Source: an uncultured Methanosarcinales archaeon
GTDB taxonomy: Archaea > Halobacteriota > Methanosarcinia > Methanotrichales > Methanotrichaceae
Assembly (NCBI GenBank): GCA_963843555.1
Contig: CAWJKV010000014.1
Coordinates: forward strand, 1 to 64,000
Reading direction: 5' to 3'
Length of the DNA stretch: 64,000 nt
How positions within the stretch are numbered: the stretch's first letter is position 1; each line of letters starts with the position of its first letter. The position numbers were made by a program, and so were the translations under genes. This document shows, one piece after another, positions 19,833 through 30,100 of this stretch. Below the pieces are notes generated by a model, which saw nothing but the letters and a program-made list of their open reading frames with translations, did not search any database and was not told where the DNA came from.

Positions 19833-20743
19833 TGTTGCAGGAAGCGATGGGAGAATGGCGCATACTGATACTGGGAGGAACGGGAGAGACGGGTTCATGG
19901 TTCGCCCGCTATTTTAAAGAGAAGGGCTTCGATGTTGCGGTCTGGGGTCCGAGCGGGAAGGTCGAGGTCGCGGAGCGTCTGGGAGTGCGCTACGCCCATG
20001 ACATGATGTTGGAGGTGGAAAGGAGCGACATCGTTCTGGTCAGCGTTCTCATCGAGAAGACGGTGGAGGTTATCCGGATGGTGGCGCCTCGCATGCATCC
20101 GGGCAGCCTGATAATGGATGTGACCTCTATCAAGTCCGGGCCGGTGAAGGCCATGAAGACCTATGCCCCCAAGGGGGTGGAGGTGCTGGGCACTCATCCC
20201 ATGTTCGGGCCCACCATGTCCTCCCTCTCCGGCCAGACCATCATCTTCACGCCTGTGGAAGGGAAGACTGGAAAGTGGCTTTCTATCATTCAATCTCTCT
20301 TCGAGTCCGATGGAGCGCATATCGGGATCCTGGAGGCGGAAGAGCACGACGAGATGATGGCCGTGGTGCAGGCGCTCACCCACTTCGCTTACATCGGCAT
20401 CGGAGCGACGCTGAAGGCTCTGGACTTCGATGTTTTGAGGTCGCGCCAGTTCATGTCTCCGGTGTATGAGATAATGATCGACTTTGTGGGCAGAATCCTG
20501 GACCAGAATCCGGAGCTTTACGCCTCCATTCAGAAGAATCCGAAAGCGGCAGCAGTTCGCCAGACCTATGTGGCAGAGTGTATGCGGCTATGTGAAAAAG
20601 CGGATGCCGGGGATTTGGAGGGCTTCAAACAGATCATGAGGGATGCGGCCCAGCACTACGGTGGGACGCACGAGGCTCTGGAGAGATCGGACAGGGTGAT
20701 CAATGCCAGGATCAGGGGAGAAAATAAGGAGAAAGATGATTAA
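19829..20743 (+). CDS. tyrA: Prephenate dehydrogenase
   Basis: ILGGTG, DVTSIK, THPMFGP, EHDEMMAVVQALTHF. Confidence 0.93.
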   Translation: MMLQEAMGEWRILILGGTGETGSWFARYFKEKGFDVAVWGPSGKVEVAERLGVRYAHDMMLEVERSDIVLVSVLIEKTVEVIRMVAPRMHPGSLIMDVTSIKSGPVKAMKTYAPKGVEVLGTHPMFGPTMSSLSGQTIIFTPVEGKTGKWLSIIQSLFESDGAHIGILEAEEHDEMMAVVQALTHFAYIGIGATLKALDFDVLRSRQFMSPVYEIMIDFVGRILDQNPELYASIQKNPKAAAVRQTYVAECMRLCEKADAGDLEGFKQIMRDAAQHYGGTHEALERSDRVINARIRGENKEKDD

Positions 20744-20802
20744 ATCAAAAAAATGTAAAAAATTCATTGGATCTTATCTTGAAGCGAGCACAAAAAATGC
20801 GG

Positions 20803-20825
20803 TGGCGAAATATTGTCGTTCGCCA
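20803..20825. terminator. Hairpin between convergent genes
   Basis: TGGCGAA-N9-TTCGCCA. Confidence 0.35.
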
Positions 20826-20886
20826 TTCCTTGCGCCCCTCATCTCTTTTCGGTCATTCGTGAATGGATGTAACAGCAGTTCAACCT

Positions 20887-21873
20887 TCAACCGGATCTCG
20901 TCGATGTTACCTGGCCGTTGCTGGATGTGACCGTGGTTCCACTGGGGGAGCTGGTAGTTGTCTGAGTGGTTCCATCGGCGCTCGTCGTTGTTTGGTAAGT
21001 TCCATCAGAGGTTGTCGTGGTCTGACCAACGGGTGTAATGGTGGTCTGGCCGTTGGAGGTCGTAGTAGTGGTCACACCATTTGAAGTTTGGGAGGAGCTT
21101 GTGCTCGTGGTGAAGCTCCCAGGGTTTGAGGCTTTGCCGAGAACGAGTGGTGTCTGGGTTCCTGCCGGATAAATGCCCGCCGCTGCATTACCTGTAGCCT
21201 GGGCAAACGCATCCACAATGACCACATTGCTGGGCTGGTTGTTCACCACAAAGTAGAGCATGTGTCTACCAACCTGGTCGGCATTGAAGTTCATGGTATT
21301 ATAACCCGGGTTGAACTGATAAGTGTTGTACTTCGAACTGGTTGTACCGGTCTGAATTATCTCGTAGAAGCCCGCAGGCCCTCCAACTGGAGCATTAGCG
21401 ACCAGCTGCAGCCAGGTACCCACCGGGACTACTGCATATTGCGTCCAATTTGTTGCTCCCTGGATCCAGAGGTCGTTGGTCTTGGATGGCGCTATGGATG
21501 CATACTGGGAGTAAGGCAATCCCACACCGGCACCGTAGTACACACTGGAAGGCGTTTTCTCTGTTATATCGAACTTGGCAGGATTGCTTACTATCCCACC
21601 CACTACAGGCGTACCTGTGGTTGTATAATACTCTCGGTAGGGCGAGAACGTTGTGTCGCTATACGGTTGGCTGTAGAAGGAACCGCCCGTAGTGTACCAG
21701 GGGAAGTTAGGGACTGGCGTATCGAGCCACTGCAACATGCCAGCGAGGCCTGGATCATCTGTACGGCCATAATTGACATTTTCACCGCCCAGATAGTCCT
21801 GTCCAAATGCGATACCAATTAGCAAGCATGCTGAGAGCGCAGTCATACACAGCAAAATTTTGTTGTATTTCAT
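20887..21873 (-). CDS. Secreted protein with Thr/Ser-rich C-terminal repeats
   Basis: Signal peptide; LWIQG...GYNTMNFNADQVGRHML...SNVV domain; TTTTS.DG repeats. Confidence 0.8.
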   Translation of the reverse strand: MKYNKILLCMTALSACLLIGIAFGQDYLGGENVNYGRTDDPGLAGMLQWLDTPVPNFPWYTTGGSFYSQPYSDTTFSPYREYYTTTGTPVVGGIVSNPAKFDITEKTPSSVYYGAGVGLPYSQYASIAPSKTNDLWIQGATNWTQYAVVPVGTWLQLVANAPVGGPAGFYEIIQTGTTSSKYNTYQFNPGYNTMNFNADQVGRHMLYFVVNNQPSNVVIVDAFAQATGNAAAGIYPAGTQTPLVLGKASNPGSFTTSTSSSQTSNGVTTTTTSNGQTTITPVGQTTTTSDGTYQTTTSADGTTQTTTSSPSGTTVTSSNGQVTSTRSG

Positions 21874-22285
21874 TTCATCACCTATTTATTGCCTAAACCG
21901 GTTTCTTAGATTTATGATCCATCATTTTTGAATCCTCTTTCTGCAGGCTATGATTCATTCATTGGTAGGCAGTGAGGATTAAGAGTTGAATAAGAGTACA
22001 TTTTTATTGAATTCGGATTTGTTCTTGAATGATTTCAAACTCCTGTTCGCATGATTCGCAGGTTAGAACCATAAACCAAAAATACCATCCAATTTCCGTA
22101 TCATAATCCTTTTGAGATTTCAGTGCAAATAAGATGCCATTGAATAAAAAGCTTTTGGTATAAAAAAATTAAAGTGTCATAGAGTCTGCGCTTAAGAAGT
22201 GCAATAATTAAAGTTTGGGCTCAAAAATACAGACCTTCATTCCCATCAATGGGGTATAAATCTTAATAAAATTTTTGAGGGGTAT

Positions 22286-22588
22286 CTATCTTTCGACCCA
22301 CTCAAATCCCGGATCTTTGATCTTATTAAAATTCTTGATGATAACTGAGGCGTCGTTCCTGTTCAGCTTGGCGTCCATCATCTTCTCGCAGACACAACGC
22401 AGCGCCTTTTTTTCCTTTGTTAGAGCATCACTGTCTCCACTTTTGGAAGCCAGTCCGGAGCTCTCAAAAAGGTGCTCCTTCTCGTCCATATGAGTGGTCA
22501 TACCCCATTTTCCGAACATCTCCGCAGCATTATCCAGGAGATTTTGATCAAATGTCTCTGGAAGCTTGCAACCCTCTATCTGCCGCAT
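22286..22588 (-). CDS. Hypothetical protein (100 aa)
   Basis: ATG 22588 (MRQIEGCK...) downstream of GAAGGTGA; the ORF track fuses it to the upstream gene. Confidence 0.7.
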   Translation of the reverse strand: MRQIEGCKLPETFDQNLLDNAAEMFGKWGMTTHMDEKEHLFESSGLASKSGDSDALTKEKKALRCVCEKMMDAKLNRNDASVIIKNFNKIKDPGFEWVER

Positions 22589-22641
22589 AAATTCTTCTTT
22601 CTTCAAAATGATCACCTTCAAAAAATAAGAAAAGAATGGTT

Positions 22642-22967
22642 TTAGCGTCTTCTTCTCAGAGCTACGAAGGGTCACTGCCAGGAGCCCTGCTACGGCAAAT
22701 GCACCCTCGAAGCCAGGTGTCTGGGTCGTTGTCGTTGTTTTAGATGTAGTCGTTGGCTCGGTAGCGGGAGTTTCAGTTTTAGTTGTAGTTGATTGTGACG
22801 GCACCTGAACCAGGAACCGAGGTGGTCGTAGTTTCAGTTGTATTGACGGCTTCTGTGCCAGGAGCAGTGGTCGCAGTTGTTGTAGTTGATTGAGTTGCTT
22901 CTTCTGCTGCGCCTAGAGCCAGCAGCATCATTGTGGCAATTAGCATGGCCACCAATATCTTTTTCAT
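22642..22967 (-). CDS. Small Thr-rich PGF-CTERM surface protein (archaeosortase substrate), two frameshifts
   Basis: Signal peptide, Thr-rich linker, TPGFEGAFAVAGLLAV; shifted frame gives FVALRRRR*. Confidence 0.8.
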
Positions 22968-23017
22968 ATCAAAACCTCTCTTCTCTTATGATCTTTATTA
23001 ATAGCATCTGTTACCCC

Positions 23018-23254
23018 TTAAACATTATCCATGGTGTGTTTAGGGCAGGAAACACGTAAGCCTAAGTCTGCAAGCTGTAATATCGCCAGGTTGAATGAGC
23101 CTCCGAATATTAGCGTTATCACCGCCAGAATGATGAATACGATTATCAACCATTTTGCAATATCCATCGATATGCCTGCACCACGCACTCCCAATATACC
23201 AAGAATGAGAGCTATTACAAAGAACACTATCGCCAAATAAAGTAAGTCCGCCAT
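23018..23254 (-). CDS. DUF1328-like small membrane protein
   Basis: [22 protein letters not shown]....IAKWL two-helix pattern. Confidence 0.7.
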   Translation of the reverse strand: MADLLYLAIVFFVIALILGILGVRGAGISMDIAKWLIIVFIILAVITLIFGGSFNLAILQLADLGLRVSCPKHTMDNV

Positions 23255-23317
23255 TTTTTTACACCTCTCTATATTTGATTGGTAGTTGTTCGCTTTCGAT
23301 TTTGACTCTCAAATTGT

Positions 23318-23608
23318 TTATTTCAGCGTATCGGACAGCTTTTTTTCTATGTCAGCTTTCGCTTTCTCCCCATCAGCTTTTGCATGGGCCATCGTATTCT
23401 CGATATCAGCCTTCCCCTTCGCAGCATCAGCCTTTAGGTCAGCCTTTGCATAAGCTACCTTCTTCCCGGCCTCATCGTGCTCGATATTGGCCTTGATCTT
23501 CTCCACATCAGCATTCACATCAGCCTTTGCATAGGCGACATCCTTCTCTATATCGGCCACTGCTTTCTTAGAATCTGCTTTTGCCTTCTCCACGGAACCG
23601 TCTGCCAT
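23318..23608 (-). CDS. Ala/Lys/Asp-rich repeat protein (LEA-like)
   Basis: Recurring AKAD 11-mer periodicity; DNA repeats such as catcagcctttgcata. Confidence 0.6.
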   Translation of the reverse strand: MADGSVEKAKADSKKAVADIEKDVAYAKADVNADVEKIKANIEHDEAGKKVAYAKADLKADAAKGKADIENTMAHAKADGEKAKADIEKKLSDTLK

Positions 23609-24121
23609 TTTTAATTCCCCATTACATGGATCTAAACCTAATATGATGTCATTGCATAAAAAGAGTTTGGTACCTAAATTGTAAGATATGTAAAATTATA
23701 AAAACAGGCTTCGATATGGAGAGAGACGCAAAAACCCGAATCTCCGAAACAGATGCCAAAGACTCAGATGGTACCCTTCAATCCAGAAGCTGCCTGCGAA
23801 TCTTTGCTATCGGTCAGGTGATAAGGTACCTCCTTGCTTTGTTATGAACAAGCAGCCTAATATGTTGTGCCGGGCAGGGCAATTCCGGGATCATGCCTCA
23901 ATATTTACAGCTTGAAATGTTGCGAAGACCTATTATATATCAAATGCATAGACCTAATCATGATATGCACTGCAGCGTGCAACTCTCTGGAGCCCGAACT
24001 CCCTTCATTGGTTAGAGTACGAGAGTTTAGGCCGCCTCAGGCATTGGCAATTAATCGGCACCAATTGTGCAACTAAAACCCAGGAGTCATAATCATAAGC
24101 CAAAATACATTTCTCAGGAGC

Positions 24122-27100
24122 TTGAATCGCCTCAAGGAAGGCGACGATGGGGATGCCTTCCTGAACAAGTTTAGTTATGAGCAGCCCCTAAATTCTGAGC
24201 TTTTCAGCACTGAACAGCTGAAAGAGCATGCTAAGATGCAGGCAGAACGGGATGAGATCGATCCAAAGCTCAATAAAGACCTGCTCTTGCCAAGACTGGA
24301 TGAGAACGAGCAGATCCTGCTACATGTCTATGAGCTTCTTACGGATGCTGTAGCATCAAACCTCAGAATCGCACCAGCTTCTGAGTGGTTACTTGATAAC
24401 TTCTACAGAATAGAAGGCCAGATTCGCATAGCCAGGCTTCACCTGCCTGCAAATTATAGCAAAATCCTGCCCCACCTGCTCAAGGGTCCGCTGGCAGGGT
24501 ATCCGCGAGTCTATGGCCTTGCCACAGAGCTGCTGCTTCATACTGATGGCAGGTTGGATGCAGAGCGCTTGAAAGGCCTCGTAGAAGGGTATCAGACAGT
24601 CAGCAAACTGAACCTGGGCGAGCTGTGGGCGGTTCCGATCATGCTCCGCCTGGCGCTGATAGAAAACCTGCGGCGCATATCTCTCTGCATCGCCAGGGCC
24701 AGATACGACAGAAACCTTGCCGGCAACTGGGTTGATAAGATAATTGAGGTTGCTGAGACCGCCCCTAAGGACATGATCGTTGTAGTGGCGGAATTGGCCA
24801 GATCAGATCCTCCATTATCCGGCGCCTTTGTTGCTGAATTTGCCCGGAGGCTGGAGGGACAGAGCATAGCATTTGCCCTGCCGTTAACGTGGATCGAAGA
24901 ACGTCTATCTGAAATGGGAAAGACCACCGGGCAGATGATCCAGCAGGATATCCAGCGAGGGGCTGCTGATAAGGTCTCCATAGGCAATAGCATCGGAAGT
25001 TTCCGTTTTCTTGAGTCTATGGACTGGCGCGAATTCGTAGAGGGAAGCAGTGCTGTAGAAAAAGCACTCGATCAGGATCCTGCCGGCGTGTACAGCCAGA
25101 TGGATTTCGCAACCCGGGACCGCTACCGCCATACAGTTGAAAAGATCGCAAGAAATTGCAGGCTATCCGAAGAAGAAGTTGCGCATAATGCAGTAAAACT
25201 GGCACAGGAGAGGCTGGAGGCGTCAGGAAGTGAGGATCGATGCGCTCATGTTGGATTTTATCTGATAGATAAGGGGCTTGCAAAACTGGAGAGAACTGTC
25301 GGAATGAGACGGTCGCTAAATGAGTCCATCGTAAGGGCAGCTCTCCGATTCCCACTGCTCTGCTACGTAGGAGCTATAGTGCTGGTTACGGCTTTGACTG
25401 CGGCCGTTATGTTGATTCTCGCTCCAAAGCTCGGATCAAACGAATGGATGCTGGTCCCGGCATCAATATTGCTCTTGTTTTGCATGAGCAGCCCGGCAGT
25501 CGGCCTGGTGAACTTGCTGGCGACAATGCTTGTCAAGCCTCATATTCTCCCCAGAATGGATTTCTCCGGAGGCATTCCAAAAGAGTTGAGCACTCTGGTA
25601 GTAGTGCCTTCCTTGCTGACCGATCCTGAAAGAGTCTCTGATCTCCTGCTGGGTTTAGAAATTCGGTATCTGGCAAACCGTGACGAAAACCTTTGCTTCG
25701 GCCTTCTGGTAGATCTTGCCGATGCCGAGCAGGAGATTATGCCGGAGGATGAGCATCTATTGCTCTTGGCGCATAACGGAATTGAGGCTCTGAACGAGAA
25801 GTACCCCGATGGCATCTTCTTTCTCTTCCCCCGCCGGCGCAAATGGAACTCCCAGGATGAGATTTGGAGAGGTTATGAGCGAAAAAGGGGCATAATCGGT
25901 GAGCTCAACTCATTGCTAAGAGGCGGGTCAGAGGATAGCTTCTCTGGAATTACCGGCAATGTGTCGATTCTCCCCGGAATAAAGTACGTCATCACGGTTG
26001 ACGAAGATACCAAGATGCCTTACGACTCCGCCCGGCTTCTGATAGAGACTATGGCTCACCCTCTCAACCGCCCCAGGTTCGATGAGCATAAGAGATATGT
26101 CGCTGAGGGCTACAGCATCCTCCACCCCCGCCTCAGTGCAAGCATGCCTGAAGCAGACAGATCGAGGTTTGTCAAGCTCTTTGGAGGCGAGCCCGGCATT
26201 GATTCATACACGCGAGAGGTCTCGGATGTTTATCAAGACATTTTTGGAGAAGGTTCCTTTTCCGGCAAAGGGATCTATGACGTAGACGCCTTCTTGCAGT
26301 CTCTGGGTGAACGTTTTCCCGATAATCTGATCCTGAGCCATGATCTCCTGGAGGGCAGCTACGCCAGAGCGGCGCTGGTCAGCGATGTCCAGTTTTACGA
26401 GGATTATCCCTACCGCTACAGCTCAGACGTCAGCCGCAGGCACAGATGGATCAGAGGGGATTGGCAGATTGTAAACTGGCTTCTCGCGCGAGTGCCGGGC
26501 CCCGGAGGTATGATAGTAGATAATCCGATCTCAGGGTTATCACGATGGAAGATTATCGACAACCTTCGACGGAGTTTAGTGACTCCTGCCCAGATCTTTC
26601 TCTTGTCTCTGGCATGGTTGATATTGCAGCAGCCTGAGTTTTGGACATATATTGTGATAGGAGCAATTCTGGTTTTGCCGGTGCTGGCCAGCATTCGATC
26701 TATCCTGATTAAATCTGCCGAGATACCCATGGATCAGCATCTGCGTTCTGCCGGGAGATCGACTGCCAGACATCTGGCCCAGGCGGTGCTCAGCCTCACC
26801 TTTTTGCCCTATGAGGCTTTTTTCAGTCTGGATGCGATTGTCCGAAGCGCTGGGCGAATGCACTTTACTCATAAGCTGCTGCTGGAATGGAACTCTTCGA
26901 GCAGTTCCAAGAGTAATGGGCAAAGTGGTCTGGTGGGATTCTACCGGTCGATGTGGATAGCTCCAGCGGTTGCCATTTCCCTGGCAGTGTATCTTGCCTT
27001 CCTGCGAACTGATGTATTCAATTTTGTCTGGCCGCTGCTGGTATCCTGGAGCCTCGCTCCTGCAGTTGCCTGGTGGATCAGCCAGCCTCTTGATACGCCT

Positions 27101-30100
27101 AAAGCAAAACTGAAGGAGGATCAGACGATCTTCCTGCGCAAGCTTTCAAGAAAGACGTGGAGGTTCTTTGAGACGTTTGTCGGGCCCGAAAACCACTGGC
27201 TCCCGCCGGATAATTATCAGGAGAAACCACTCTCTGTGACTGCTACTGGTACATCGCCCACGAATATGGGATTGTCACTGCTGGCGAACCTGGCAGCATA
27301 CGACTTCGGTTATATCTCAACTGGGAAGCTGATAGAGCGAAACGCCTCCACCCTCGAAAATATGATGGGCCTGGAGCGGTTCCACGGCCATTTTTACAAC
27401 TGGTATGACATCAAGATGCTAGAGCCTATGCAGCCCAAATATATCTCAACTGTAGATAGCGGTAACCTGTCCGGCCATTTGCTGACTCTGCAGCAGGGTA
27501 TGAATGAGCTTTTAGACCAGAAGATCCTGCCTCCTCAGGCAATTGACGGTTTAATAGATACACTGCATATCCTGAGAGATGCCGTGGGAGGGAGTCCTGC
27601 AGAAGATGGCCGGGAAGAAATCGTGCGATCACATATTTTGGAGCAGATAGCCCGCTTCCAGATGGAACTCTCGTCGCCTCCGAGCACACTCTCTGCAGCT
27701 TGGCTACTGCTGGATCAGCAGATGAGGAATATCTCCGAGTTATTAGATCTCCTGAGCCCGAAAGTTAATGATGAAGTGAAGTGGTGGGCCCGGGCTTATG
27801 AGCGACAGCTCAGGGACCATCTGGATGATCTGACCCTCATGGCTCCGTGGCTACTATTGCCAATGCGGATTATGGTTCATCCCCTCGACGAGGAGGTCTT
27901 GATAGAAGCCTCGACAGAAAGAACAGGAATGCTGAGCCAATTGCAGGCTGAACTGCTCCGGCTTGAAAGCATTCCGAGCCTCGGAGAGATTTCAGAGATG
28001 ACACTTAAGCTGGTGCCCATGATAGACCAGATTCTCGGCTCAATACAGGGCATGGGCAAACAGGGCATGAGTCAAGAGGAGAGAGACTGGTTCCTCCAGC
28101 TTGGTCAGACGATCACTGAAGCAGGCAACCGAGCCGTTGATAGGAAAGCCTCGATCGAGAAGATTGCAGAGGAATGTGGCGACCTGGCGGAGATCGAATA
28201 CGACCTCCTCTTCGATGAGTCACGTAAGCTTCTGGCAATAGGCTATAATGTCAATGACTCCAGGCGCGATGAGAGCTGCTACGATCTTCTGGCATCTGAG
28301 GCCAGGCTATGCAGCTTTGTTGCTATCGCTCAGGGTAGATTGAAGCTGGAGCATTGGTTTGTCCTGGGTCGCAGTCTTACCAGCGCAGGAGGAGAACTGG
28401 CTTTGCTCTCCTGGGGAGGAACCATGTTTGAGTATCTTATGCCATTGTTGATCATGCCGACTTACGAGAATTCACTCCTCAATCAGACCTATAGGTCGAC
28501 AGTGGTGCGGCAGATCGAATATGGTAAGCAGCGAGGCGTTCCATGGGGCATTTCGGAGAGCGGCTATAATATTATAGACATCAACCAGATCTACCAGTAC
28601 AGGGCTTTTGGAGTGCCTGGCCTCGGTTTTAAGCGGGGATTGGCAAAAGACCTGGTAATAGCACCTTATGCTTCCGTTCTGGCGTTGATGGTCTCGCCAT
28701 TCGAGGCCTGCACTAATCTGCAACAAATGGCAAATAAGGGCTATCTTGGCGAATACGGCTTTTACGAGGCCGTCGATTATACTCCATCACGTCTTTCCCG
28801 GGACGAGACCAGCGCAATTGTGCAGTCATTTATGGCCCATCACCAGGGCATGAGCTTCCTCTCATTAGCCTACGTCTTATTGGACCGGCCCATGCAAAGA
28901 AGATTCATGAAAAATCCCATCTTCCAGTCTGTGGATCTGCTTCTCCAGGAAAGGGTTCCCAGGGCTGCGCCTTTCTATCCCCATGCTGCGGAGGTCTCAT
29001 CATCAATTTGGAGGACTGGCATGCCGGAGCGGCAAGAGGCCTTTAGGGCATTCACCGATCCGAACAGCTCCCCCTCTGATTTACATCTTCTCTCCAATGG
29101 CAACTACAAACTGATGATCACAAGTTCCGGTGCAGGGTATAGCCAGTGGAAGGATGTTGCAGTCAGTCGCTGGAAAGGTGACAGTACCCGTGACAATGAA
29201 GGGCAGTTCATCTATATCCGGGATCTGGACAATAATGAGGTATGGTCTGCGGGATACCAGCCTATCTGCAGAAATGAAGAGACTTATCAAGCCATCTTCC
29301 AGGGATCCAAGGCAGAGTTCAGGTCGAGGGTTTTGGATATCGATACCCATACGGAGGTTGTTATCTCGCCAGAGGACGATGTCGAGCTGCGGAGCGTCAG
29401 CCTTACCAATCTCTCATCGACCAGACGGACGATAGAGCTGACCAGTTATGCAGAGGTCGTTCTGACGACACCAATGGCGGATGCAACTCATCCCGCCTTT
29501 AGCAACCTATTCGTAGAGACAGAGATCGTGCGCAAGAGATCTGCCATCCTCTGCACCAGGCGACCGAGATCGAAGGATGATAAGACGCCCTGGATGTTGC
29601 ATCTGATAGCAGCCGAGAAAATAAATGAAGATGAGGTCTTCTTTGAGACCGATCGGAGCCTGTTCATGGGCAGGGGAAAAACCACTGCCAATCCCGATGC
29701 ATTGAATGGGAAAGTGGAGCTCTCAGACAGCGAGGGCCCCATTCTGGATCCAATTGTTTCTATCAGGTGCACTGTTGCGATCGACCCGGGTGAAAAGGTT
29801 AAGGTGAACTTCGTCACAGGCATCGCAGATACCAGAGACTCTGCTCTTGGGTTGATTGATAAATATCATGACCCGGGTCTGACTGAACGGGTCCACAATC
29901 TGGCCTGGACTCATGATCAGATGATAAAGCAGCAGCTCAATATCACTGAGAGCGATATACACCTTTATCTTCGCCTTGCCGGCGGCGTGATCTATCCCAG
30001 CTCAAACTGGCGGGCCAATGCAAGCATTCTCTTGAGCAATCAAAGGGGCCAGTCAGTTCTATGGGCATATGGTATCTCAGGAGATATCCCTATTGTCCTT

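Noticed and set aside
22286..22804. 172-aa ORF with an internal PGF motif
   Set aside because: Frameshift-driven read-through joining two separate genes.
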